Assembly (NCBI GenBank): GCA_965223155.1
Contig: CBDCVR010000015.1
Location: forward strand, 416,001 to 480,000
DNA: 64,000 nucleotides
Direction: 5' to 3'
From: Candidatus Multivoradales bacterium
GTDB lineage: Bacteria > Acidobacteriota > Thermoanaerobaculia > Multivoradales > JAHEKO01
How positions within the stretch are numbered: position 1 is the first letter of the stretch; each line of letters starts with the position of its first letter. A program made the translations under genes and the position numbers. Shown one piece after another: positions 19,988 through 29,940 of the stretch. Below the pieces are notes generated by a model that saw nothing but the letters and a program-made list of their open reading frames with translations, made no database searches and had not been told where the DNA came from.

Positions 19988-21533
19988 GCTGCTCGCGCGT
20001 CGACTGATCCATCTCGCCGACCTCGCCCTCCACGCCGGCGATCGCGTCGAAGGGCTGATCGTACCAGCGGCCGAGCACCTGCCGCAGACTCGCCGCGACC
20101 TCGGGACGCTCGTCGAAGAGATTCCGGGTCTCGGCGGGATCCTCGACGAGGTCGAAGAGGGCAAATTGCTTGCCCACCTCACCGGCGACGATCCTCTGAG
20201 CGTGCCCCTCGGCGGCGTCAATCAGCTTGTAGCGACGATCGCGAACGACACGCTGCCACAGGTGCTGGCGCCCGTAGCCGGCTTCCGAGAAAGCGTACGC
20301 CGGGCGGGTGGGGTCCAGACGCCGGCCCACGAGGCGTCCGGCGAGCGACCGACCCTGCATCCAGCGGCCGCCGTCCAGCTCGACCCCGGCGAACTCGAGT
20401 AGCGTCGGCGCCAAGTCGATGAGCTGGACCGGATCCGGATCCACGCCGGCGGCGATACGGCCCGGGAAATGAACGATGAAGGGAACCCGCAGGCAGGTTT
20501 GAAAAGCGAACCGGCCGTGGTCGAAGTAGTACCCGTGCTCGCCCAGCGACTCGCCGTGATCCGAGGTCACCACGGTCACGACGTTCTCCAGCAGTCCCCG
20601 TCCACGCATGGTGTCGAGGAGCTTGCCGATCTCGGCGTCGGCATAGGCGATCTCGGCGTCGTAGCGAGCCAGATAGAAGGCCAAGTCATCCCGTCCGTCT
20701 TCGGCTTGCTCGGTGCCGATACCGCCCATCTCCCGCCGCTCCCGCGTGGCATCGACCAAGACCTTCTGGGACGGGTCGAAGTGCTCGTCGTCCTGGAACC
20801 GGTCCCGGTAGGCTGGCGGCGGCCGGTAGGGCGCGTGCGGATCCAGGTAATGGACCCAGAAGAAGTAGGGTCGCCGGCGGCCGTTCTCGCCGGATCCGTC
20901 TCCGACGATCCGGTCCAGGAGTCCGGTGGCCCAGGCGGTCACCGCGGCGGCGCCGTTGGCATCGCCTCCGGGTTCGGGTGGGTCCCGCTTCCAGGTCTCG
21001 ACGTAGCTCTCAAAGCCCTGATCGAACTGAAAGTCGGCGCCCAGGGCGCCGTTCGAGACCACAGCGTGGGTCTGGTACCCGCGGGCCGCCATCTCCTCGG
21101 CGAGCAGGTGAAAGTCGTTCGGGACCTGGATGCCGACCTTGCGCACGATGCCGTTGTTCTTGGGATAGGTCGCGGTCAGCATCGAAGCGAACGAGGGACC
21201 GGTCTTGGGCCACTGCACCGCGGCCTGGTCGAATCGAACGCCCTCGGCGGCCAAGCGGTCGAGCACCGGAGAGGTGGCCCGCGGGTAGCCATAGCTCGAC
21301 AGATGATCGGCGCGCAGGGTGTCGATGGTCAGAAACAGAATGTCCGGCCGCGACGGTTCGTCTTCCGAGGTGCAGGCCCCGGCCGCCGCCAGCAGGGCCA
21401 CGACCGCGATCGAGCCGGCGGCGGTGGCCGTCCACCGGCCAAGGTGGGAGGGTCCGCCTCCCGGCCGGGAGTTCGACACCTCGGCATGCCGGTCGGAAGC
21501 CGAAGAGCGTGCTTTTCGGATGGGTCGTCTCAT
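19962..21533 (-). CDS. Sulfatase-like hydrolase/transferase (alkaline phosphatase superfamily), exported, possible lipoprotein
   Basis: TIDTLRADHLSSYGY, HYLDPHAPY, YDAEI, TSDHGESLGEHG, C-terminal LKALGY; AAGAC lipobox-like segment. Confidence 0.9.
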   Translation of the reverse strand: MRRPIRKARSSASDRHAEVSNSRPGGGPSHLGRWTATAAGSIAVVALLAAAGACTSEDEPSRPDILFLTIDTLRADHLSSYGYPRATSPVLDRLAAEGVRFDQAAVQWPKTGPSFASMLTATYPKNNGIVRKVGIQVPNDFHLLAEEMAARGYQTHAVVSNGALGADFQFDQGFESYVETWKRDPPEPGGDANGAAAVTAWATGLLDRIVGDGSGENGRRRPYFFWVHYLDPHAPYRPPPAYRDRFQDDEHFDPSQKVLVDATRERREMGGIGTEQAEDGRDDLAFYLARYDAEIAYADAEIGKLLDTMRGRGLLENVVTVVTSDHGESLGEHGYYFDHGRFAFQTCLRVPFIVHFPGRIAAGVDPDPVQLIDLAPTLLEFAGVELDGGRWMQGRSLAGRLVGRRLDPTRPAYAFSEAGYGRQHLWQRVVRDRRYKLIDAAEGHAQRIVAGEVGKQFALFDLVEDPAETRNLFDERPEVAASLRQVLGRWYDQPFDAIAGVEGEVGEMDQSTREQLKALGYLQ

Positions 21534-21734
21534 GCCGCGCGTTCCGCGAGGCACGCATGATATCCGGATTCCCGAGCCCGGCTCGGCGCTTCGCGGATCC
21601 GGGATTCAGGCCCGCGACTCACTCGCGATTGGGCCTGTACAATCGGCGCTACCGGGCGCGAGCCCGGTTCATCACCCGAATCGCACAACTGGCCGGAGGG
21701 CGCCGCCAGCGCCGTCCGACCGCAAAGGAGCGCA

Positions 21735-22544
21735 ATGGCTGCAAATACCAACCCGGCGGAGCTGCCGGTCGTCATTCTGTGCGGCGGCAAGGGCACCCGG
21801 CTGCGCGAGGAAACCGAGGTCAAGCCCAAGCCGATGGTCGAGATCGGCGGCATGCCCATCCTCTGGCACATCATGAAGATCTACGGCCACTACGAGGTCG
21901 AGAGGTTCCTGCTCTGCCTGGGCTACAAGGGCTGGGCCATCAAGCAGTACTTCCTGCGCTACCACGAGATGATGCGGGATTTCACGATCTCGATGGGCGA
22001 TCCCGAGCACCCCGAGTTCCACAACCGGCGCGGGCAAGAGCGCTGGCGCGTGACCTGCGCCGAGACCGGCGAGGAGACCGGCACCGGCGGCCGGCTGTGG
22101 CGGGTACGCGACTACATCGACACCGACACTTTCTTTTTCACCTACGGCGACGCCGTCGGCAACGTGGACATCAACCGGCTGCTCGCCTACCACCACGAGC
22201 AAGGCCGGGTGGCGACGGTCACCGGCATTCACCCGACGTCACGGTACGGCGAGATGGAGGTCCACGACGGAATCGCGGTCGAGTTCAACGAGAAGCCCAC
22301 GGTCTCGGAAGGCCTCGTCAGCGGCGGCTACTTCGTCTTTCAACGTGAGGTGTTCGACTATCTCTCGGAGGATCCCGAGCTGCTGCTGGAGTTCGAGCCG
22401 CTCCAGACGCTGGCGCGCGACGGCCAGCTCGCGGTGTACGCCCACGGTGGCTACTGGGAGCCCATGGACACGTATCGCGACTACCTGCACCTCAACCGCA
22501 CCTGGCGGGACGGGAATCCCGAATGGAAGATCTGGAGCGACTAG
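21735..22544 (+). CDS. rfbF: Glucose-1-phosphate cytidylyltransferase
   Basis: ILCGGKGTRLREETEVKPKPMVEIGGMPILWHIMKIY, TYGD, GYWEPMDT; SD AAGGAG upstream. Confidence 0.95.
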   Translation: MAANTNPAELPVVILCGGKGTRLREETEVKPKPMVEIGGMPILWHIMKIYGHYEVERFLLCLGYKGWAIKQYFLRYHEMMRDFTISMGDPEHPEFHNRRGQERWRVTCAETGEETGTGGRLWRVRDYIDTDTFFFTYGDAVGNVDINRLLAYHHEQGRVATVTGIHPTSRYGEMEVHDGIAVEFNEKPTVSEGLVSGGYFVFQREVFDYLSEDPELLLEFEPLQTLARDGQLAVYAHGGYWEPMDTYRDYLHLNRTWRDGNPEWKIWSD

Positions 22545-22555
22545 TCGGCTAGCTG

Positions 22556-23056
22556 CTAGCGCCGGAAGGTGGCGACGAGCACGACCGAATTGCTTCCCGG
22601 GTTCCGATCGTAAAGGCCCGCGTTCGACAGGTGGTAGAAGAGCAGCCCCAACCGCAGTCGCTCGCTGGCCTCGAAGGCAAGCTCGATGCTGCTCCGGAAC
22701 TCGACCAGCCCGCCCAGGTCCTTGCCGTCGCCCCGCTCCCACAAGCCGACGGCGAACCCCGGACGCACGTGCCACCGCCCTCGAAGCCAATCGTAGGCGG
22801 TGCCCGCATAGGCCCAATAGGCGCCGTCGTCGGTACCCGCCAACCCGCCCACCCACTCGAGCGGCCAACCCAGGGGCGGCCGGCTCATCGGCAGGCGCAC
22901 CTCGAAGCCGGCCTCTCCGGCTTCATGATTCCGGTCGAGATCGAACTGGCCGGCGTAGACCGCCCAATCGGCCCCGGCCGCGGGTACCGGAAGCGCAACG
23001 AAGAGGCCGGCGGCGACACCCAGAGCACGAACGGTAGCGGTCCATGACGCGGGCAT
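22556..23056 (-). CDS. Acyloxyacyl hydrolase / lipid A 3-O-deacylase PagL-like outer membrane protein
   Basis: Signal peptide; KDLGGLVEFRS; YHLSNAGLYDRNPG catalytic HxSNA motif. Confidence 0.85.
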   Translation of the reverse strand: MPASWTATVRALGVAAGLFVALPVPAAGADWAVYAGQFDLDRNHEAGEAGFEVRLPMSRPPLGWPLEWVGGLAGTDDGAYWAYAGTAYDWLRGRWHVRPGFAVGLWERGDGKDLGGLVEFRSSIELAFEASERLRLGLLFYHLSNAGLYDRNPGSNSVVLVATFRR

Positions 23057-26000
23057 CGGCGGATCATACTCCAGCCCAAAGCAGCGCCCCGGAGCCGCGG
23101 CCGCCGCTCTATCTGGTCGCCACCTCCCACCTCGACACCCAGTGGCGCTGGTCGATCCGCACCACCATCCGGCACTTTCTGAAGAAGACTCTGCTCGACA
23201 ACCTCGAGCGCATGCGCACGCATCCGGGCTACGTGCTGAGCTTCGAAGGCGCCTTCCGCTACCAGCTGGCCCAGGAGTACTACCCCGATCTCTTTCTTCG
23301 TGTGCGGCAGGCGGCCGCATCCGGGCGCTGGCGCGTCGCCGGCAGCATGCTCGACGCCCCGGACACGATCCTGCCGGCACCCGAAGCGCTCATCCGCCAC
23401 ATCCTCTACGGCAACGGGTACTTCGAGGCCACCTTCGGCCGGCGCAGCGTCGACGTCTTCCTGCCCGACTGTTTCGGCTTCCCGTGGAGCCTGCCGACCC
23501 TTGCCAGGCATTGCGGCCTCCTGGGTTTCTCGTCCCAGAAGTTCATCAAGTGGTTCGCTCCCAAGAAGCTGCCTTTCGACATCGGACGCTGGCGCGGCCC
23601 GGACGGCAGCGACATCGTCGCCGTGCTCCATCCCGGCGGCTACGGCGAGCCCCTCCGCGACCTCGAGGATCCGGCCGGCCCCGACTCGTTCCCCGAGCTC
23701 GACCGCGACCCCGAGCTTCCTACCTATCGCTACTTCGGCGTCGGCGACCGTGGCGGCGCTCCGGACGCCGCCTCGCTTGACCGAATCGAGCGAGCCCGGC
23801 GCGGCAGGCTCCGAACCGGCGCCCGGCCGCTCGTTCACACCGGCTCGGACCAGTTCTTCCGGGATCTGGATCCAGGCGTCCGGGAGCGCCTGCCGGTCCA
23901 CGACGGCGAGCTCCTACTGCCGACCCACGGCACCGGCTGCTGGACGTCGCACGCCATCTTGAAAACCTGGAACCGCCGCTGCGAGGGGCTGGCGCTGGCG
24001 GCAGAGCGCTCGGCCCTCCTCGCCTCCTGGCTGGGCGGCCCGGGCTATCCGGACACGGAGCTCCGTTCGGAGTGGACACGCTTCCTCTGGCACCAGATGC
24101 ACGACGATCTGACCGGCACCAGCGCCCCCGAGGCCTACCGGTTCTCGTGGAACGATCTCCTGGTCGCCCAGAACCGTCTGGGGCGCATCCTCGCGGACTC
24201 GGTCCGAGCCGTGGCCCGCGGCCTCGACACGCGGACCGCCGGCATTCCGGTCGTGGTCTTCAATCCGCTGCCGGTCGAGCGCGACGAGACGCTCGAGCTC
24301 GCGGTCCGAGACCTCGAGGCGGGCGTGGAGTACTCAGCCGTGGATCCAACCGGCGGCACGTGGCCCTGCCAGGTCGAGTCGAGCCCCGAGGGCAAGCCAC
24401 GGCTTGTGGTTCGAGCCCGGCTCGCACCGTTGTCGGTGAGCGTCTTGGAGATTCGGAAGGGCAATCGTCTGGACGGACCAGAGCCGGACCGCGAAGAGCT
24501 CGACGCCGGCAGCGGCCACCTAGAGAACTGGAAGTATCGGATCGAGCTCGACGGCGCCGGCGGCCTCGACGTCTTCGACAAGCAACTGGGTCGCCGGCTT
24601 TTCGAGAGCCCGCTCGATCTCGTCCTCCTTCCCGACCGTTCCCGGCGATGGCCGGCCTGGGAGATCCTGCGTGGAGATCTTGGCGCCCGGGAGCGGCTCC
24701 TGGACGGGCCAGCGACCGCGCGCGTCGTCGCCGCCGGACCGGTTCGGGCGGTTCTCGAGATCGAACGGCCCTCGGGACCGTCTCGCTTTCGCCAGCGGCT
24801 CACTCTCGCCGCAAGCTCGAGCTCCCGGCGCTTCGACCTCGACACCTGGATCGACTGGCGGCACTCCAGCACGCTGCTCAAGGCGCGCTTCGCGCTGGCC
24901 GCCGGCGGCACGAACGGCACCGAACCGGCGGCCACCTACGATCTCGGCGTGGGCGCCATCCAGCGTGGGGTCAACGAGCCAGGCCGTCACGAAGTCCCGG
25001 CCCAGGACTGGGCGGATCTCTCATGCGGCGACGCCGGCGTCTCCATCATCGCTCCGACCCGGTACGGATGGGATCGGCCGGCCGCCAACGTTCTCCGCCT
25101 CAGCCTACTGCGGGCACCGGCGGCGCTGCGCCGCTTCGCCCACCAGGCCACTCAGGACCGGGGCCGGCACCACGTCCCGATCTCGGTCCTCGGCCACGGC
25201 GGCGACTGGCGCCGGGCTGGCACCGTGGCCGAGGCCGAGCGCGTGGCCCAGCCCGCGGTCGCCTTCGTAGCCGAGTCCCATCCTGGCCCGCTCGGGCGCT
25301 CGGTGTCGCTCCTCGAGCTGGAAGGGACCAACGCCGCGCTCATGGCGCTCAAGCAGGCCGAAGACGGCAACGGTTGGACCGCGCGGGTGCGCGAGACCGC
25401 GGGGACCGGCGGCGAGGTCCGGCTCCGGAGCCCGGGCCGGCCGGACCCCGACATCCTGGAGCAACTTTCCGGAGCGGAGACGGCGGTCGCGACCGAGCAA
25501 CCGCCGGCTGCACCAACGACAGAGAGCTCGCGCGGTGCCGAGGACGACGAACCCTCGGCCCAGACCCGAACCGCCGCGCCGATCCGGCTCGGAGCCTTCG
25601 CGCTCGAGACCGTGCGCCTGCGGCCGCCGGCACCCGCCGCCAAGCTCTCCCCGGCGCGTGTGGAGCCGCTGGAGCTGCCCTTCGACCACTGCGTGGCGTC
25701 TTGGCACCAACCTGGGTCCCGCGCCAGCCCATGCGACTTCGACGGCCGCGGCCGCTCCTGGCCGGGCGAGCTCATGCCCGCCGAGATCCGTTGCGGGGAG
25801 ACGCGCTTCGTTCTGGGCCCCTGGGCGCCAGGCGCGCCGGCCGCCCTCGCTTGCCGGGGCCAGAGGCTCGCTCTCCCGGGCGAAGGGTTCCGCACACTGG
25901 CGTTTCTGGCCTGCAGCGTCGATCCCGGCGGCAGCCTCCTCGAGCTGGAGGTCTCGGGAGGCGTCCAACCGTTGCGAGTGCCCTACTACTCAGGCTTCTT

Positions 26001-26358
26001 GGGCCAGTGGAAGCGCTACTCGGGCCGCCTCGGATTCCTGCTGCGCCGGATCCGCCCCGGCTACCTCGAGCGGGCTCCGGTCGCCTGGCTCGCCAGCCAC
26101 CAGCACACAGCGACCGTCCGCGACGAGGTCTACACCTACTGCTATCTGTTTCGCTTCGAGGTGCCCCTCGAAGCGTCGGACAGGGAGATCGTGCTGCCCG
26201 AGGCGCCGGACGTGCGTCTCTTCGCCGCCACCGCCTCCGATATGGCATTCTCGCGCCTCGAAGCCGCCACCGTGGACCCCGCCGACACGCTCCCCGCCGG
26301 CTCGACGCCGGGAGCCGCCCGCGGAGCAAGCCCGGATACCGAACGCGAACCCTCATGA
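23044..26358 (+). CDS. Alpha-mannosidase, glycoside hydrolase family 38
   Basis: SHLDTQWRW, LPDCFGF, GVGDRGG, HQMHDDLTGT, EVPAQDWADL. Confidence 0.93.
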   Translation: MTRASADHTPAQSSAPEPRPPLYLVATSHLDTQWRWSIRTTIRHFLKKTLLDNLERMRTHPGYVLSFEGAFRYQLAQEYYPDLFLRVRQAAASGRWRVAGSMLDAPDTILPAPEALIRHILYGNGYFEATFGRRSVDVFLPDCFGFPWSLPTLARHCGLLGFSSQKFIKWFAPKKLPFDIGRWRGPDGSDIVAVLHPGGYGEPLRDLEDPAGPDSFPELDRDPELPTYRYFGVGDRGGAPDAASLDRIERARRGRLRTGARPLVHTGSDQFFRDLDPGVRERLPVHDGELLLPTHGTGCWTSHAILKTWNRRCEGLALAAERSALLASWLGGPGYPDTELRSEWTRFLWHQMHDDLTGTSAPEAYRFSWNDLLVAQNRLGRILADSVRAVARGLDTRTAGIPVVVFNPLPVERDETLELAVRDLEAGVEYSAVDPTGGTWPCQVESSPEGKPRLVVRARLAPLSVSVLEIRKGNRLDGPEPDREELDAGSGHLENWKYRIELDGAGGLDVFDKQLGRRLFESPLDLVLLPDRSRRWPAWEILRGDLGARERLLDGPATARVVAAGPVRAVLEIERPSGPSRFRQRLTLAASSSSRRFDLDTWIDWRHSSTLLKARFALAAGGTNGTEPAATYDLGVGAIQRGVNEPGRHEVPAQDWADLSCGDAGVSIIAPTRYGWDRPAANVLRLSLLRAPAALRRFAHQATQDRGRHHVPISVLGHGGDWRRAGTVAEAERVAQPAVAFVAESHPGPLGRSVSLLELEGTNAALMALKQAEDGNGWTARVRETAGTGGEVRLRSPGRPDPDILEQLSGAETAVATEQPPAAPTTESSRGAEDDEPSAQTRTAAPIRLGAFALETVRLRPPAPAAKLSPARVEPLELPFDHCVASWHQPGSRASPCDFDGRGRSWPGELMPAEIRCGETRFVLGPWAPGAPAALACRGQRLALPGEGFRTLAFLACSVDPGGSLLELEVSGGVQPLRVPYYSGFLGQWKRYSGRLGFLLRRIRPGYLERAPVAWLASHQHTATVRDEVYTYCYLFRFEVPLEASDREIVLPEAPDVRLFAATASDMAFSRLEAATVDPADTLPAGSTPGAARGASPDTEREPS

Positions 26359-27737
26359 CCTCCGAGCTCCTGGCCCTGTTCGAGTCTTTGGCGGGCGAGC
26401 TCCTGGCCGGCGAAGACGAGCGGCCGGTGGTCGCTCCCAGCCCGCCGGAGGCGCTCGAAGGCGACCTGGATCTGGCCCTGTCCGAACGGGGCCGGCCGGT
26501 ACCGGAGATCGTCGAGTCTCTGCGCCGGGTGCTGGCCGTCACCCCGAGGATCGCCAGCCGGCGCTTCTACCGCCTGCTCTTCAGCGGCCGGGACCCGCTC
26601 GCGACCCTGGGAGACTTGCTGAGCACGCTCGCCAACACACCGATGCACACCTATCGCGGCGGCGGGCCGCACGTGCTGATCGAAAACGAGGTGCTCGGCC
26701 GGATGCTCGAGCTTGCCGGCTTTTCCGAAGGCGAGGCGACCTTGACCGCGGGCGGCTCGCTCTCCAACATGCTGGCGGCGCTTCTGGCCCGGAACGAGGT
26801 CGCGCCGATCCGGGACGACGGGCTGGCCGGTGCGCCGCGCTTGACCGCCTACGCCTCGGAAGAGGCCCACTATTCGATCTCGGGATCCGTGGCCCACGTC
26901 GGCATCGGCCGGAACAACCTGCGCCGGATCGCGGCCGACCGGGGTGGCCGCATGGAACCGGCCGCCCTGGCGGAAGCTCTCGACCGGGACCGCGACGCGG
27001 GCGCGCGTCCGGCTCTGGTCGTGGCGACCGCCGGGACCACCCTGCGAGGAGCGTTCGACCCGCTCGAAGAGATCGCCGCCGTCACCCGCGAGCGCGGCGT
27101 CTGGCTGCACATCGACGCCGCCTTCGGAGCGCCCGTACTCTTCAGCAAGAGCCTGCGCCCGTTGATGGCGGGCTGCGAGCTGGCCGATTCGCTGACCTGG
27201 GACGCCCACAAGATGATGTCGGTCCCGCTGACCTGCTCGGCGCTTCTGGTCCGGCGTGCCGGCCGGCTGGCAGCCAGCCTGAGCGAGCCTGCCGAGTATC
27301 TCTTCGGCGGCGAGTGGCCGGAGGCCGACCCGGGGCGGCGCTCGCTCCAATGCGGCCGCCGCAACGACGCACTCAAGCTCTGGGTCGCCTGGCAGGCTCT
27401 CGGCGACCAAGGCTACGGCGAGCGCGTCGACCGCTACCGGCGGCTGGCCCAATACGCGGCCTCGCGGATCGAAGGGTCTTCGGACCTGCGCCTGGCCGAG
27501 CCTCCGGCCTCGACCATCGTCTGCTTCGAGGCGCCGGGCCGCTCGAGCGCCGAGATCGCCGCCCGGCTGGAGCGCGAAGAGCGCGTCGCTCTGGGCACGG
27601 CCCGCTTCGGCGGCAAGCTGTTCTTGCGGATCGTCTGCGTCAACCCGGAGATCGACGAAGGCGACCTGGACCACCTGATCGACGAGGTCCGTGCCGTCGC
27701 GAAGACGCTCCCCGAAGCCGGGGAGTCCGAGGGCTAG
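26355..27737 (+). CDS. Group II PLP-dependent decarboxylase (GAD/CSAD/DABA-DC-like)
   Basis: GGSLSN, AHYSI, ATAGTT, WLHIDAAFG, DSLTWDAHK (PLP lysine), LQCGRRNDALKLW; ATGA overlap with the GH38 stop. Confidence 0.93.
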   Translation: MTSELLALFESLAGELLAGEDERPVVAPSPPEALEGDLDLALSERGRPVPEIVESLRRVLAVTPRIASRRFYRLLFSGRDPLATLGDLLSTLANTPMHTYRGGGPHVLIENEVLGRMLELAGFSEGEATLTAGGSLSNMLAALLARNEVAPIRDDGLAGAPRLTAYASEEAHYSISGSVAHVGIGRNNLRRIAADRGGRMEPAALAEALDRDRDAGARPALVVATAGTTLRGAFDPLEEIAAVTRERGVWLHIDAAFGAPVLFSKSLRPLMAGCELADSLTWDAHKMMSVPLTCSALLVRRAGRLAASLSEPAEYLFGGEWPEADPGRRSLQCGRRNDALKLWVAWQALGDQGYGERVDRYRRLAQYAASRIEGSSDLRLAEPPASTIVCFEAPGRSSAEIAARLEREERVALGTARFGGKLFLRIVCVNPEIDEGDLDHLIDEVRAVAKTLPEAGESEG

Positions 27738-27742
27738 CCGCC

Positions 27743-28693
27743 ATGGCCGACGTCACCTTTCTCGTTCATCTCGGCAAGGAGTACACGGTGCGCGGCTATC
27801 TCAAGAGCTGGGCACCAGGCTCCGGGCACCGGATCGGCATCAGGCACTATCCCGGCCTCGCCCCGACCGCGACCGCGCCGGCCAAGCGGCTGCGCCAATC
27901 CTGGAGCCGGTACCGGTTCGCCGCCGCTCGGCCCGCGGACGCCGAGCTCGCGCGTCAAGACGTCATCGTCTTCTCGGACCTGGATCGCCTGCGCGACGGC
28001 GAGCGCGACCAGGCAGTCGATCTCTACGACGAGCTCGGCGGAAACCCCGCCGGGCCGAAGCTCCTCAACCATCCCCGGCGCTCGCTCGGCCGCTTCGAGC
28101 TCCTGGACGCGCTGTACCGCCAAGGCTCGAATCGCTTCGCCATCTACCGTCTGGAGACCCACCGGACACCGGCCCGCTTTCCGGTCTTCGTTCGCGCCGA
28201 GAGCGGACATGGAGGCATGTCGCCACTGCTCCACTCGCAAGCCGAGCTGGATCGCGTTCTCACGGAGTTGGAAGGTCGCCACGGCACCCTCGAAGGATTC
28301 TTGATGCTCGAGTACTGCGACGTCACCGGCAAGGACGGCGTCGCGCGCAAGTACGGCGCCTTTCGGGTCGGTGACGCCTTGATCGCCCGCCACATCCACT
28401 TCAGCCGCGACTGGGCGATCCGCGTTCCGGACATCAAAACCGAGCACTCAGCCCGGGAGGAGCTCGAGTACGTCCGGACCAATCCCCTCGCCGAGGAGCT
28501 CATGGCCGTTTTCCGCCTGGCCGGAGTCGAGTACGGGCGGGTGGATTTCGGCCTCCTCGACGGGGTCCCGCAGATCTGGGAGATCAACACCAACCCGATG
28601 ATCCTGGTCCCGGACGACGCCCGGGATCCGCTTCGGTTCGAAGCGCACGACTACTTCGCCCGCGACTTCGCGCGCGCGTTCGACACCCTGTGA
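27743..28693 (+). CDS. ATP-grasp-like protein
   Basis: FPVFVR, YGRVDFGLLDGVPQIWEINTNP (D...ExN ATP-grasp motif). Confidence 0.7.
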   Translation: MADVTFLVHLGKEYTVRGYLKSWAPGSGHRIGIRHYPGLAPTATAPAKRLRQSWSRYRFAAARPADAELARQDVIVFSDLDRLRDGERDQAVDLYDELGGNPAGPKLLNHPRRSLGRFELLDALYRQGSNRFAIYRLETHRTPARFPVFVRAESGHGGMSPLLHSQAELDRVLTELEGRHGTLEGFLMLEYCDVTGKDGVARKYGAFRVGDALIARHIHFSRDWAIRVPDIKTEHSAREELEYVRTNPLAEELMAVFRLAGVEYGRVDFGLLDGVPQIWEINTNPMILVPDDARDPLRFEAHDYFARDFARAFDTL

Positions 28694-29940
28694 CCCGCCC
28701 GAGCGTCCCCGATCCGCCCGCTTCGGCGCCACCGTCGCCGCCGAGCCGGTATTCGCGGCGAACGCTTCTCGCTCTCGCCGGCGCTCTGGGCGGGCTCTGG
28801 GGCCTCGACCTCGTAACGATGGGGGCGCCGCTTTCGGCCCAGCGCCGGCGGCGCAAGCCGGGTCGGCCCAAGCCGGGTCGATCTAGAACGGGTCGGTCCC
28901 AGACGTCCAAGAAGCGCCGGCGCCGGCCAGTTGCGGTGCCTCGCGTCTCGGGCGGCATCAACGTCCAGCCGATCCGCCGCTTCGGGCCCGACCAGGTGCC
29001 GGTCGACATCGACATCATCCCGGAGATCGTGGACCTTCAGCTCCAGGCTCTCTACGAGCTCGGTTTCGAGCAGATCCGGCTCACGTTGTCCTTCAGCGGC
29101 GACCACGGTGTGGACCTCCTGGCCGCCGTTCCCTACGTACGGGCGGCCAGAGCGCTCGGCATCGACGTCCTCGGCATCATCGGCCAGTTCGGCCACACGC
29201 ACGAGCTGGCGCGGACCCTCGCCGATTCGAGAAAGCGGCGAGTAGTGCTCGACGGCTATCTCGAGCTCTTCGCGGCGCCGGTCGAGTCCGCCGCCGCCGA
29301 TGGCAGCTCCGGGGCTCTAGCCTTCCAGATCTTGAACGAGCCGACCGCCTTCCACGGAATTCCGCCGGTCACTTACGTACGGTCCTTTCTGGCACCCTGC
29401 TTCGACCATCTCAAGATTCGGGACCCCGGGATCACTCTCGTCTCGGCCGCGCCCATCGGGCAGCAGGCGGGGGTGCTGCGCTTCCACGAGATGCTGGCCG
29501 CCGGTGTCGAGGCGGCCGCGGACGTCGTCGGCCTCCACGTCTACGACCGGCGCGTCCTGGCCGAGCTCGCCGGGCTGACCGCCAGGCCCGTCTGGATCAC
29601 CGAGTCCGGGGTCTTCGGCACGGACCTCCACCTGCCCTGGGTTCGCGACACCTTCCCGGAGATCCGGGAGCTCCTGCCGACGGCCGAGCGGATCTTCTTC
29701 TTCGAGCTCTTCGACCTCTTTCCTGGCGCCTACCGGATCCTCGACCTCGTCCAGGAGCCCGGTGGCGCCATCGTCGCCCGCATCGAGTCCCAGGCACTCT
29801 ACGACTACTACCGGAGTGAGGTCCAAGCGGCCAGCTCAGACCTCCGAACCCTGCCCTACCGATCCCTCATTCCCGACATCACGGCCTACTTTCCGTCGGA
29901 ACGGGACGCCGAAGTGGCCTCCCGGATGATCCGGGCGTGA
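28690..29940 (+). CDS. Tat-exported putative clan GH-A glycoside hydrolase
   Basis: SRRTLL twin-arginine signal; QILNEP acid/base; GLHVY; PVWITESG nucleophile-like motif. Confidence 0.7.
   Translation: MTRPSVPDPPASAPPSPPSRYSRRTLLALAGALGGLWGLDLVTMGAPLSAQRRRRKPGRPKPGRSRTGRSQTSKKRRRRPVAVPRVSGGINVQPIRRFGPDQVPVDIDIIPEIVDLQLQALYELGFEQIRLTLSFSGDHGVDLLAAVPYVRAARALGIDVLGIIGQFGHTHELARTLADSRKRRVVLDGYLELFAAPVESAAADGSSGALAFQILNEPTAFHGIPPVTYVRSFLAPCFDHLKIRDPGITLVSAAPIGQQAGVLRFHEMLAAGVEAAADVVGLHVYDRRVLAELAGLTARPVWITESGVFGTDLHLPWVRDTFPEIRELLPTAERIFFFELFDLFPGAYRILDLVQEPGGAIVARIESQALYDYYRSEVQAASSDLRTLPYRSLIPDITAYFPSERDAEVASRMIRA

Noticed and set aside
24072-27737. Apparent 1221-aa decarboxylase and 1052-aa ATP-grasp fusions in the ORF track
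   Set aside because: N-terminal extensions overlap real genes in other frames; true starts are 26355 and 27743
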